Of a stretch of DNA of 46,013 nucleotides, positions 1 through 10,234 are shown piece by piece. Under the pieces are notes generated by a model. The model was not told the origin of the DNA and ran no database searches. It was given only the letters and a program-made list of their open reading frames with translations. The position numbers were made by a program, and so were the translations under genes. Origin of the DNA: Acidimicrobiales bacterium (GTDB lineage Bacteria > Actinomycetota > Acidimicrobiia > Acidimicrobiales > GCA-2861595); assembly GCA_050744785.1 (NCBI GenBank), contig JBOGHQ010000263.1, positions 1-46,013 of the forward strand. Direction: 5' to 3'. How positions within the stretch are numbered: the first letter of the stretch is position 1; every line of letters starts with the position of its first letter.

Positions 1-2
1 GG

Positions 3-563
3 CCCCAGCACGGCAGCGCCCCGGCCGGAGGCTCCGCCCTCGGCGGCGACTGGACCGCCGGCAGTACCGGCGCAGGTACCCGCACTCGAACCGATGCGCC
101 GGAGGGGCCTGCCGGGGGAGCGCCGTCGTGGACTGTTCCCCCGCCGCCCGCCGAGCCCGACAGGGGCCGGCGCCTGACGCTACGGCTGGTGGTGTTCGTC
201 CTGGCCCTCGTGGTGGTGGCCGCCGCCGCCGTCACCGCCGTCGGATTCTTCGCCCGGGGTGGCTACTTCGTGGGGCTGGACGGCGAGGAGGTCGTGATCT
301 TCAAGGGCCGCCCGGGCGGGCTGTTGTGGTTCGACCCCACGGTGGAGGAGCGCACCGGCGTCATGGTCGGCGACCTACGCCCCGGCCGGGCCCAGGACCT
401 CCGCGACGGCAAGGAGGAGCCCTCCGTCGACGCGGCCCAGCGCTACGTGGCCAACCTGGAGGAGGAGGCGGCTCCGCCGACCACGACGACCACGACGACC
501 ATCACGACGCCCGTCCCCCCCGCCGTCGCCCCGGCGCCGACCCCCACCACCACCGCCCCGTGA
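3..563 (+). CDS. 3' part of a gene whose start lies upstream of the window: Pro/Gly-rich linker, one TM helix and an extracytoplasmic Thr/Pro-rich tail. By position it is probably the PP2C Ser/Thr phosphatase PstP.
   Basis: Frame 3 is open from the window edge to TGA 561-563 (own translation ...DRGRRLTLRLVVFVLALVVVAAAAVTAVGFF...). GC3 is strong. It sits directly upstream of rodA-pbpA-pknB, where pstP lies in the conserved actinobacterial cluster. No catalytic domain is visible, so the name rests on synteny only. Confidence 0.5.
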   Translation, partial: PQHGSAPAGGSALGGDWTAGSTGAGTRTRTDAPEGPAGGAPSWTVPPPPAEPDRGRRLTLRLVVFVLALVVVAAAAVTAVGFFARGGYFVGLDGEEVVIFKGRPGGLLWFDPTVEERTGVMVGDLRPGRAQDLRDGKEEPSVDAAQRYVANLEEEAAPPTTTTTTTITTPVPPAVAPAPTPTTTAP

Positions 564-606
564 CGGCGCCTGATCCGGCGGGCCGGCCCTCGGCTGACCC
601 GGCCAG

Positions 607-1947
607 GTGACCCTGGCCCGCAGCCCCGTCGCGGCCACCACGTCCCGGCGCCGCACCGAGCTGGGGCTGATCGTCCTGGCCACCGTGCTCACCGGTGGCC
701 TCTACTGCCTGGCCAGCCTGGGCCGCTCCGCCTCCCTCCCGGCCGACGTCGGGCCCTTCCTGGGCGTGGTCCTGGCCCTCTTCGGCGCCGCCCACCTGGC
801 GGTGCGCTTCCTGGCCCCCGACGCCGACGGCACCCTGCTGCCCCTCACCGCCGTCCTCAACGGGATCGGCTACGTGTTCATCGCCCGCCTGGACCCGGAC
901 CTGGCCGCCCTCCAGGCGGTGTGGACGGCGCTCGGCATCGGCGCCTTCGTCCTGACGCTGGCCGTGGTGCGCCGGGTACGGGACCTGGAGCGCTACCGCT
1001 ACACCTTCGCCCTGCTCGGCGTGGGACTGCTGCTCATGCCCCTGCTGCCCGGCATCGGGCGCAGCATCCGGGGCGCCCGGCTCTGGGTGTCGTTCGGGGG
1101 CATGAACTTCCAGCCCGGCGAGCTGGCCAAGGTGGCCCTAGCCGTCTTCTTCGCCGCCTACCTGGTGGAGAAGCGCGAGCTGCTGGCCGAGGCCACCGCC
1201 GCGGCGCGGGGGCGGGCCCTCGGTCCCATCGTCCTGGCGTGGGCCGCGTCCCTCTTGGTGATGACGGCCGAGCGCGACCTCGGCTCGTCCCTCCTCTTCT
1301 TCGCCCTGTTCATCTCCATGCTGTGGGTGGCCACCGGGCAGGGGGCCTACCTGGCGGTCGGAGCGGGGCTGTTCTCGGCCGGCGCCGTGTTCGCCTACGC
1401 CGCCTTCAGCCACGTCCAGACCCGGGTGGAGACCTGGCTCGACCCCTGGTCCCGGGCCGACAGCGAGGGCTACCAGCTGGTGCAGGCCGCCTATGCCTTC
1501 GGCTCGGGCGGCTTCGCCGGTTCCGGGCCGGGCCTGGGAGCCCCGGGCAAGATCCCCGCCGCCACCACCGACTTCATCTTCGCCGCCGTGGGCGAGGAGC
1601 TGGGCCTGCTCGGGACGGCGGCCGTGCTGGTCACGTTCGTGCTGATCGCGGGCGCCGGCCTGCGCATCGCCGTCCGGGCCGACCAGCCCTTCGAGAAGCT
1701 CCTGGCCGCCGGCCTCACCACCATCCTGGCCGTGCAGACCTTCGTCATCGTGGGCGGCGTCACCCGGCTGGTGCCCCTCACCGGCGTGACCCTCCCGTTC
1801 ATGTCCTACGGAGGGTCGTCGCTGGTGGCGAACTACGTGTTGCTGGCCCTGCTTCTGCGCATCTCCGACGACACCGCGGCCCGCCACCGGCGGGCCGCCG
1901 AGCAGGCTCGGGCCCAGCGGGACGAGACGGTGAGCACGCCGTGGTGA
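607..1947 (+). CDS. rodA: SEDS-family peptidoglycan polymerase (FtsW/RodA/SpoVE family), RodA by synteny
   Basis: 446 aa polytopic membrane protein with SEDS-type motifs (FIFAAVGEELGLLG, LPFMSYGGSS). GTG start. Immediately followed by pbpA. Confidence 0.9.
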   Translation: MTLARSPVAATTSRRRTELGLIVLATVLTGGLYCLASLGRSASLPADVGPFLGVVLALFGAAHLAVRFLAPDADGTLLPLTAVLNGIGYVFIARLDPDLAALQAVWTALGIGAFVLTLAVVRRVRDLERYRYTFALLGVGLLLMPLLPGIGRSIRGARLWVSFGGMNFQPGELAKVALAVFFAAYLVEKRELLAEATAAARGRALGPIVLAWAASLLVMTAERDLGSSLLFFALFISMLWVATGQGAYLAVGAGLFSAGAVFAYAAFSHVQTRVETWLDPWSRADSEGYQLVQAAYAFGSGGFAGSGPGLGAPGKIPAATTDFIFAAVGEELGLLGTAAVLVTFVLIAGAGLRIAVRADQPFEKLLAAGLTTILAVQTFVIVGGVTRLVPLTGVTLPFMSYGGSSLVANYVLLALLLRISDDTAARHRRAAEQARAQRDETVSTPW

Positions 1948-1960
1948 GGGAGCCCGCCCC

Positions 1961-3415
1961 ATGGTGATGGACCGCCAGATCCGGCGCCTGGGCCTGGTGC
2001 TGCTGGCCATGTTCCTGGCCCTGTTCATCAAGCTCAACGACCTCCAGGTCGTGCGGGCCGACAAGCTGGCCAGCGCGCCCGGCAACACCCGCCAGGCGGT
2101 GCGGGACTTCAGCCGGGAGCGAGGTGTCATCCAGACCGCCGACGGGGCCGTGGTGGCCCAGTCGGTGCCCGTCGACGACGAGTTCGAGCGGCTGCGCCAG
2201 TACCCCGAGGGGGAGCTGTTCGCCCACGTCAGCGGCTGGTTCTCCTTCACCTACGGCGCCGAGGGCGTGGAGCGCACCTACAACTCCGATCTGGCCGGGC
2301 GCAGCCTCGAGCTGCGGCGCCTGACCGACTTGGTGTCCGATCGGGTCCGCACCGGCAACGTCACCCTCACCCTGTCCAAGAACATCCAGCAGGTGGCGCG
2401 CGACGCCCTCGGCACCCGCAAGGGGGCGGTGGTGGCCCTCAACCCCACCGACGGCGCGGTGCTGGCCCTGTGGAGCTACCCGTCGTTCGACCCGAACCCC
2501 CTCGCCGGTCACGACCAGGCCGCCGTGCAGGCCAGCTGGGCCCAGCTCCAGGGCGGTGCCGACCAGCCCCTGCTGCCCCGCGCCTACCGGCGCAGCTACG
2601 CCCCCGGCTCCACCTTCAAGGTGGTCACCGCCGCCGCCACCCTCGAGCGGCGCTCCGACCTGGTGGGCAAGGCCTACCCCGCCATGCGGGAGCTGGACCT
2701 GCCCCAGACCGACGCCAACCTCCCCAACTTCGGCGGCAGCAACTGCGGCGGGGCCCTGCCCGACCTGCTGCGGGTGTCCTGCAACACCGGGTTCGCCCAG
2801 ATGGGCATCGACATGGGCGCCGAGGCCCTGGCCGGCGAGGCCGGGGACTTCGGGTTCAACCAGCGCCCGCCCCTCGACCTGCCCGCCGCGGCCCGCTCGG
2901 CCTTCCCGGAGGTGGGCTCGTTCGAGCGGGACATCCCTGGCCTGGCCAAGTCGGCCATCGGCCAGCAGGACGTGGCCGCCACGCCGCTCCAGATGGCCCT
3001 GGTGGCGGCCGGCGTGGCTAACGGCGGCGTCGTCATGAAGCCCCACGTCATGGCCGAGATCCGCGACGACGAGGGCGAGGTGGTGCGCTCCTACCAGCCC
3101 GAGACCTGGAAGACGGCCATGTCGCCCCAGAATGCGGCCGCCCTACGGGACATGATGGTGAACGTGGTGAACCGGGGCACCGCCGGCCGGGCCGCCGTGC
3201 CGGGCGTCCAGGTGGCGGCCAAGACGGGCACGGCCCAGACGGTGGGCGACAACTCCCACGCCTGGCTCATCGCCTTCGCCCCTGCCGAGGCGCCGCGGGT
3301 GGCGGTGGCCGTCATCGTGGAGAGCCAGCCGGGCCTCGGGGACACCGTGACGGGCGGACGGATCGCGGCACCGATCGCCCAAGCTGTCATGAGCGCCGTA
3401 CTGGCCACCCCATAG
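1961..3415 (+). CDS. pbpA: Class B penicillin-binding protein (transpeptidase) PbpA
   Basis: 484 aa with an N-terminal TM helix. Transpeptidase motifs are present: STFK (SxxK), SCN (SxN) and KTGTA (KTG). Positioned between rodA and pknB. Confidence 0.9.
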   Translation: MVMDRQIRRLGLVLLAMFLALFIKLNDLQVVRADKLASAPGNTRQAVRDFSRERGVIQTADGAVVAQSVPVDDEFERLRQYPEGELFAHVSGWFSFTYGAEGVERTYNSDLAGRSLELRRLTDLVSDRVRTGNVTLTLSKNIQQVARDALGTRKGAVVALNPTDGAVLALWSYPSFDPNPLAGHDQAAVQASWAQLQGGADQPLLPRAYRRSYAPGSTFKVVTAAATLERRSDLVGKAYPAMRELDLPQTDANLPNFGGSNCGGALPDLLRVSCNTGFAQMGIDMGAEALAGEAGDFGFNQRPPLDLPAAARSAFPEVGSFERDIPGLAKSAIGQQDVAATPLQMALVAAGVANGGVVMKPHVMAEIRDDEGEVVRSYQPETWKTAMSPQNAAALRDMMVNVVNRGTAGRAAVPGVQVAAKTGTAQTVGDNSHAWLIAFAPAEAPRVAVAVIVESQPGLGDTVTGGRIAAPIAQAVMSAVLATP

Positions 3416-3427
3416 GCTGGAGCACGA

Positions 3428-5236
<1,809 letters not shown>

Positions 5237-5248
5237 GCGGCCGGGCCG

Positions 5249-5842
5249 TCAGGCGGCGGGGGCCCCGGCGGCGCGCAGGAAGTTGGCCAGGAGGGCGCGG
5301 CCCTGGCCGGTGAGGATGGACTCGGGGTGGAACTGCACCCCCTCGACGGGCAGCGCCCGGTGGCGGAGGCCCATGATCACGCCGTCGTCGGTCTCGGCCG
5401 TCACCTCCAACACGGCGGGCAGGGTGTCCCGATCGACCACGAGGGAGTGGTAGCGGGTGGCCTCGAAGGGGTTGTCCAGGCCGGCCAGGACGCCGGCGCC
5501 GGCGTGGCGCACCATCGAGGTCTTGCCGTGCATCACGTGGGGCGCCCGCACCACCAGGCCCCCGAAGACCTCGCCGATGCACTGGTGGCCGAGGCGGACA
5601 CCGAGCACGGGCGTGCCCTGTCCGCCCAGCCGGCGGATGACCTCGTTGCTGATCCCGGCGTCGGCCGGGCGTCCCGGCCCGGGACTGATCACCACCACGT
5701 CGGGCGCCAGGGCGGAGGCCGCCTCCACGTCGATGGCGTCGTTGCGGTGCACCACCGGGTCGGCACCCAGCTCACCCAGGTACTGCACCAGGTTGTAGAC
5801 GAACGAGTCGTAGTTGTCGACGACCAGCACCCTCGGGGCCAC
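5249..5842 (-). CDS. trpG: Class I glutamine amidotransferase, anthranilate/aminodeoxychorismate synthase component II type (TrpG/PabA). The nucleophile position reads Arg, not Cys.
   Basis: The listed ORF runs to 6160, but its first ~105 codons are Arg/Pro/Gly-rich and overlap the DUF881 gene. An in-frame GTG at 5842 (alternative 5851) gives about 197 aa starting [18 protein letters not shown]. Family motifs ISPGPG, GVxLGHQ and FHPES are present. Synteny with pknB, DUF881 and crgA matches the M. tuberculosis Rv0011c-Rv0014c region. Confidence 0.8.
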   Translation of the reverse strand: MAPRVLVVDNYDSFVYNLVQYLGELGADPVVHRNDAIDVEAASALAPDVVVISPGPGRPADAGISNEVIRRLGGQGTPVLGVRLGHQCIGEVFGGLVVRAPHVMHGKTSMVRHAGAGVLAGLDNPFEATRYHSLVVDRDTLPAVLEVTAETDDGVIMGLRHRALPVEGVQFHPESILTGQGRALLANFLRAAGAPAA

Positions 5843-5865
5843 GCCGGGCACGGTAGCCGGGGGGG

Positions 5866-6588
5866 CTAGGCGGCGGGGCGGGCATAACCGGGGGTGGTGG
5901 CGCCCCGGTAGCCGGGCACCTCCAGGTCCTCGGCGCGCGACACCGAGAAGCGCAGCCCGAAGGCGGTGGCGTCCTCGTGGAGCCGCTCCACGAGGGGGTC
6001 GGCCTCGAACCGCTCCCGGACCGCCCCCACGGCCGACACCGTGTAGGGCGGGGAGTGGACGGTGCCGTTGAGCAGGAGGGTGTTGCCCACGCACAGCACG
6101 GCACTGGTGGACACCAGCCGCTGCCCGTTGATGGCCACCGCCTCGGCGCCGGCCTTCCACAGGGCGTTGACCACCGCCTGCACGTCCTGGGAGTGCACCA
6201 CCAGGTCGTTGACGTTGGCGGTGGGGGCCCGGTCCTGGTCCGAATCGTCGAGAGTGACCCGCACGCCGGGACCGGTCATGGGCACCAGCCCGGCCGCCAG
6301 GCTCACCTCGGCCAGCGCGTCCTCCCGGGCCGCAGCCTGGGCCTCGCCGCCCGCGCTGCGCCGCCGCACCTCGTCCACCTGGCGGCGGAGGGTCACCGCC
6401 TGGCGGCGGAGGTCGTCGGCGGCCCGCTGCTGCTGCTCGATGAGGTCGGCCAGCCGGTACTCCTGGCTCAGCCGGGCGGCCGGGTCCGGTGGACCGGTGC
6501 GCACCACGGTGACGGCCAGGAAGCCGAGCAGGGCGCAGCCGGCCAGCAGGGCGGGGCGGGATCGGAGCGGCGACGTGGAGCGGGTCAC
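5866..6588 (-). CDS. DUF881-family membrane protein (Rv0012-like)
   Basis: In-frame GTG at 6588 gives about 240 aa: [10 protein letters not shown], a TM helix ([17 protein letters not shown]), a coiled-coil-like region, then the DUF881-type core ([12 protein letters not shown] ... [20 protein letters not shown] ... PPYTVSAVG). The upstream part of the 379-aa track ORF overlaps crgA on the other strand and looks non-coding. Confidence 0.75.
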   Translation of the reverse strand: MTRSTSPLRSRPALLAGCALLGFLAVTVVRTGPPDPAARLSQEYRLADLIEQQQRAADDLRRQAVTLRRQVDEVRRRSAGGEAQAAAREDALAEVSLAAGLVPMTGPGVRVTLDDSDQDRAPTANVNDLVVHSQDVQAVVNALWKAGAEAVAINGQRLVSTSAVLCVGNTLLLNGTVHSPPYTVSAVGAVRERFEADPLVERLHEDATAFGLRFSVSRAEDLEVPGYRGATTPGYARPAA

Positions 6589-6600
6589 TAGTGTCGTCCC

Positions 6601-6927
6601 ATGGCCCGCAAGGACCGCAGCCGTTCGAGGACCAAGGAGGCCCCCGGCCAGGGGGCCGGCGCTCGCCGGCCGGGGGCCGGGTCCCGGCCCACCACGGGCC
6701 GGGTCACACCCAAGGGCTCCCACCGGTACACGCCGCCCATCCCCAGGGAGGAGAAGGTCAGCCCCAAGTGGGTGCCGGTCCTCATGTTCACGCTCCTCAT
6801 CCTGGGCATGCTGATCATCATCGCCAACTATCTCGGGTTGCTGCCCGGCGACGCCAAGAACTCGTACCTCTTCGTGGGCCTGGGCCTGATCACCGCTGGG
6901 TTCATCACCGCCACCAAGTACCGCTGA
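6601..6927 (+). CDS. crgA: Cell division protein CrgA, with an extended Arg/Gly/Pro-rich N-terminal region
   Basis: 108 aa. The N-terminus is [12 protein letters not shown]. It has a ...RYTPPIP... segment like the CrgA (D/F)TPPP segment, then two TM helices ([23 protein letters not shown] and [16 protein letters not shown]) ending ...KYR. Conserved position next to the DUF881 gene. Confidence 0.8.
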   Translation: MARKDRSRSRTKEAPGQGAGARRPGAGSRPTTGRVTPKGSHRYTPPIPREEKVSPKWVPVLMFTLLILGMLIIIANYLGLLPGDAKNSYLFVGLGLITAGFITATKYR

Positions 6928-6937
6928 CCGCCGGCCC

Positions 6938-7186
6938 TCACTCGATGGCGGGGGCCACCAGCTGCATCTCCTCCATGCAGTGGCGGGGCGGCTCGGGATC
7001 CTCATCGGGGGCGGCCGTCATCTTCAGCTCGACCCCACAGCTCGGGCAGCGGTAGCGGAGGTTCACCCGGCGCATCTCGCCCGGCGGGGGCGGCGGTGGG
7101 AGGGGCCGGGCGAGGACGCGGAGGACCGCCAGTCCCAGCCGGAGGATGACCAGGAACATCACCACGGCGACCACCCAGCGCAGCAC
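6938..7186 (-). CDS. Small hypothetical membrane protein: TM helix, PPPPPPP run, and a C-terminal CPSC...HC segment
   Basis: The 115-aa track ORF overlaps the 3' end of the upstream gene (stop 7213). In-frame GTG at 7186 (or ATG at 7159) gives 73-82 aa: VLRWVVAVVMFLVILRLGLAVLRVLARPLPPPPPPGEMRRVNLRYRCPSCGVELKMTAAPDEDPEPPRHCMEEMQLVAPAIE. No family recognised. Confidence 0.4.
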   Translation of the reverse strand: MLRWVVAVVMFLVILRLGLAVLRVLARPLPPPPPPGEMRRVNLRYRCPSCGVELKMTAAPDEDPEPPRHCMEEMQLVAPAIE

Positions 7187-7212
7187 GGTTGGAGCGTACC
7201 CAGCGGATCGGG

Positions 7213-8454
7213 TCAGGCGGCCCCGGCCTGGGCCGGGACCTCGAACCAGACGCGCTTGCCCTCCAGGGTCGGGGTGACCCCCCACTTCGACGACAGGGCC
7301 TCCACCAGCACGATCCCGCGGCCGCCGGGGTCGTCCACCTCGGGAGCCCGACGGGAGGGGACGGCCCGGGACCCGTCACCGACCTCCACCCGGACCATGG
7401 CGCCGTCGTAGCGGACGATCACGGTGAAGGTGGAGTCGGCGTGGCGCACGGCGTTGGTGGACAGCTCGCTGGCCAGCAGTTCCACGTCGCCCTCCACCAC
7501 CTCCGGCATCCGCCAGCTGCGCAGCACCCCCACCAGGAAGCGGCGCGTGGCGGGCACGCTGCCCGCCGCGGGGGCCAGGGAGATCCGGGCCTCGCGGGGA
7601 GCCAGGGGCCGGCTGTGCCAGAGCCCGCCGTGGGGGTCCCCCACCGGGTAGCCCGGCAGCTCCAGCTGGCCGGCGGGCAGGCCGGTGGCGGCCACCAGCC
7701 GATCCAGGCTGTCGTCCTTGGCGTCGTCGGGCACCCGTACCACCAGGAGGGCGGCATCGTCGCCCAGCCGCCCCTCGGCGAAGGAGGCCAGGCCGTTCAG
7801 CACCTGATCGGCGATCGCCTCGGCGCCGAGGCCGGCGCCGGCCAGCAGGGCGGCGGGAAGACCCTCCTCCCCGAACAGCTCGCCATCGTTGTTGCGGGCA
7901 CCGGTGACGCCGTCGGTGCAGAACACCACGGCGTCGCCGGGACCGAGACCGACCCGGTCGTCGGTGACCGTCGGCGTCGGGAACATCCCGGCCGGCGTGC
8001 CGGCCTGGCCCCGCACGTCGATCCAGCCCGCCCGCCGTACGACGATGGGCCGGGGGTGGCCGGCGCTGGCCAGGGTGACCCACGCCCCGCACATGTCCAG
8101 CTCCAGGCGGGCGAACACCAGGGCGCAGAAGTCGAGGCCGTCCCCGGCGGCGGTCCCGGGCGCCAGGTGGTGGTTGAGGTCGCCGAGCACGTCGGAGGGC
8201 AGGGCGTGGCGCCGGGCCGCGTCCCAGACCCCGTCCCGGGCCCGGCTGGCCCGCCGGGCCGCCTCCCCGTCCGTGCCGCACACGTCGCCCACGGCCATCC
8301 CCCAGGCGTTGGGGGCGAGGCGCAGCACGTCCACGAAGTCGCCGGCCGCGCCGCGGGCTCCGGGCTGGTGGCGCGCCGCCACCTCCATGCCGGGGATCCC
8401 GAGCAGCGAGGGCCCTGCGACGGCTGCCGACCGGTAGTCGGTGAACTGCTGCAC
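7213..8454 (-). CDS. Fusion protein: N-terminal PP2C/SpoIIE-type phosphatase (RsbU-like) and C-terminal RsbW-like anti-sigma Ser kinase (HATPase) domain
   Basis: 413 aa. SpoIIE-type motifs GDFVDV, AVGDVCG(T)DGEAA, LASAGHP and FCTDGV. The C-terminal segment ...ELLASELSTNAVRHA...VEVGDGS...GGRGIVLVEALSSKWGV is typical of RsbW/SpoIIAB-like kinases. GTG start lies 3 nt after the thiolase stop. Confidence 0.8.
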   Translation of the reverse strand: MQQFTDYRSAAVAGPSLLGIPGMEVAARHQPGARGAAGDFVDVLRLAPNAWGMAVGDVCGTDGEAARRASRARDGVWDAARRHALPSDVLGDLNHHLAPGTAAGDGLDFCALVFARLELDMCGAWVTLASAGHPRPIVVRRAGWIDVRGQAGTPAGMFPTPTVTDDRVGLGPGDAVVFCTDGVTGARNNDGELFGEEGLPAALLAGAGLGAEAIADQVLNGLASFAEGRLGDDAALLVVRVPDDAKDDSLDRLVAATGLPAGQLELPGYPVGDPHGGLWHSRPLAPREARISLAPAAGSVPATRRFLVGVLRSWRMPEVVEGDVELLASELSTNAVRHADSTFTVIVRYDGAMVRVEVGDGSRAVPSRRAPEVDDPGGRGIVLVEALSSKWGVTPTLEGKRVWFEVPAQAGAA

Positions 8455-8457
8455 CCG

Positions 8458-9642
8458 TCAGCCGACCCGTTCGATGAGCAGGGCGTTGGCCAGGCCGCCC
8501 CCCTCGCACATCACCTGGAGCCCCACTCGACCGCCGCTGCGCTCCAGCTCGTTGACCAGCGTGGTCAGCAGCCGGGCGCCGGACGCCCCGAGGGGGTGGC
8601 CGAGGGCGATGGCACCGCCGTTGACGTTGACCCGCTCCATGTCGGCGTGGATCTCCCGCTCCCAGGCCAGGACCACCGACGCGAAGGCCTCGTTGACCTC
8701 GAAGCGATCGACGTCGCCGAGGCGGAGCTTGGCCTTCTCCAGGACCCTGGCGGTGGCCGGGATGGGCCCGGTGAGCATGGTGACGGGGTCCACGCCGGCC
8801 AGGGCGAAGGTGGTGAACCGGGCCCGGGGCGTGAGCCCCAGCTGGGTGCAGCGCTCCTCGCTCATGATCAGCACGGCGGCGGCGCCGTCGGTGATCTGCG
8901 ACGAGTTGCCGGCCGTCACCCTGCCACCGTCCGCCTTGAAGGAGGGCTTCAATGTGGCCAGCACCTCGACGGTGGTGCCCGGCCGGATGCCCTCGTCGTG
9001 GTCGAGGACCTCGCCGGTGTCGTGGCCGTGGTCGTCCCTGATGGCGACCGGCACGATCTCGCCGGCGAAGCGGCCCTCGGCGGAGGCGGCGGCGGCCCGC
9101 TGCTGGGACCGGGCGCCGAAGGCATCGAGCTCCTCCCTCGACAGCGCCCACTTCTCGGCGATGAGCTCGGCCGAGACGCCCTGGGGCACCAGCCCACCGG
9201 CCTCGGCGTACCGCTCGAAGACGCGTGGCCCGAAGGGCAGGCCGGCCCCCGGCACCTGCATGGAGGCGCCCATGGGCACCCGGCTCATGCTCTCCACGCC
9301 GGCCGCCACCACCACCTCGTAGGCACCCGCCATCACGCCCTGGGCCGCGAAGTGGATGGCCTGCTGGGAGCTGCCGCACTGGCGGTCCACGGTGGTGGCC
9401 GGCACCGACTCCGGGAACCCGGCTGCCAGCACCGCGTTGCGGCCGACGTTCAGGGCCTGCTCCCCCACCTGCATGACGCAGCCCATGATCACGTCGTCCA
9501 CCAGGGCCGGGTCGAGGTCGCTGCGGGCCACCAGGGCGGCCAGCACCTCGGCGGCCAGGTCGGCCGGGTGCCAGCCCCGGAGCTTCCCGTTGCGCTTCCC
9601 ACCACCGGTCCGGACGGCGTCGACGATGACGGCTGTGGCCAT
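8458..9642 (-). CDS. Acetyl-CoA C-acyltransferase (thiolase)
   Basis: In-frame ATG at 9642 gives 394 aa starting MATAVIVDAVRTGGGKRNG. Thiolase motifs are present: DRQCGSS (active Cys), NVNGGAIALGHPLGASG and CEGGG. The N-terminal 148 codons of the track ORF are Arg/His/Asp junk. Confidence 0.9.
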   Translation of the reverse strand: MATAVIVDAVRTGGGKRNGKLRGWHPADLAAEVLAALVARSDLDPALVDDVIMGCVMQVGEQALNVGRNAVLAAGFPESVPATTVDRQCGSSQQAIHFAAQGVMAGAYEVVVAAGVESMSRVPMGASMQVPGAGLPFGPRVFERYAEAGGLVPQGVSAELIAEKWALSREELDAFGARSQQRAAAASAEGRFAGEIVPVAIRDDHGHDTGEVLDHDEGIRPGTTVEVLATLKPSFKADGGRVTAGNSSQITDGAAAVLIMSEERCTQLGLTPRARFTTFALAGVDPVTMLTGPIPATARVLEKAKLRLGDVDRFEVNEAFASVVLAWEREIHADMERVNVNGGAIALGHPLGASGARLLTTLVNELERSGGRVGLQVMCEGGGLANALLIERVG

Positions 9643-9689
9643 GGGTCCAGTGTGGACCGGCCCGGCCGGCAATGTCACCGCCGCCGCCG

Positions 9690-10145
9690 TCAGGGCTCGG
9701 CCGGCGGGGCGAAGGTGGTCGTCGGCGCCGGTATGGGCACGAAGGTCGTGGTGGTGACGTCGGTGGTGGTCGTCGTCGGCTCGGTCGTGGTGGTGGGCTC
9801 GACGGAGGTGGTGGTCGGTTCCGTGGTGGTGGTGGTGGTGGGGTGGGTCGTGGCGGTCGTGCTGGTGGCGGTGGCGCCGGTCGTCGTGGTGGTTGCGGGC
9901 GGGGCCAGCACCGTCAGGCGAGGCAGCGCGGTCGTGGTCGTCGTGGTCGAGGGCCTGGTGAGGACCGTACCGAGCACCTCGGGCTCGATCGTCTCGGGTT
10001 GCTCGCCGGCGCCCGACCACGGCAGCACGCCGGCGGCGTCGGCCACCACCACCAGGACCAACCCGACCAACAGGGCCCGGAACCACCGCCGTGGCGGTGC
10101 GAGGTCCGGGTCGTCCTGGCCTCCGTCACCCACCCCCGGGTACAC
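9690..10145 (-). CDS. Hypothetical membrane-anchored, extremely Thr/Pro-rich envelope protein
   Basis: The ORF has one TM helix (FRALLVGLVLVVVADAA) followed by about 90 residues dominated by T runs (TTTTTT, PTTTTTTEPTTTSVEPTTTTEPTTTTT). Start is uncertain: GTG 10145, or TTG 10184 as in the track. No family recognised. Confidence 0.45.
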   Translation of the reverse strand: MYPGVGDGGQDDPDLAPPRRWFRALLVGLVLVVVADAAGVLPWSGAGEQPETIEPEVLGTVLTRPSTTTTTTALPRLTVLAPPATTTTTGATATSTTATTHPTTTTTTEPTTTSVEPTTTTEPTTTTTDVTTTTFVPIPAPTTTFAPPAEP

Positions 10146-10234
10146 CAAGGCCCAGGCTAGGCCCGCGACGGGGCCCAATCCCAACGGCCAGATCGCCCTG
10201 GCGTCCCTACCGACTGGTCGGTAGGCTGGCGGGC

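Noticed and set aside
5843-6160. Upstream extension of the trpG-like ORF (303 aa in the track)
   Set aside because: The extension is Arg/Pro/Gly-rich and overlaps the 3' part of the DUF881 gene. Family homology begins at ...[11 protein letters not shown], immediately after the in-frame GTG codons at 5842 and 5851.
9693-9956. Highly repetitive ACC/ACG-rich DNA, considered as a possible minisatellite or CRISPR-like array
   Set aside because: There are no regularly spaced identical repeats with unique spacers. The tract is in frame within an ORF and encodes Thr/Pro runs, so it is coding low complexity.
7189-10224. 1011-aa plus-strand ORF, the longest in the track
   Set aside because: It runs antisense to three well-supported minus-strand genes (PP2C-RsbW fusion, thiolase, Thr-rich protein). 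Its translation is Gly/Arg/Pro/His/Val-rich with no recognisable motif. It is a typical high-GC shadow ORF.
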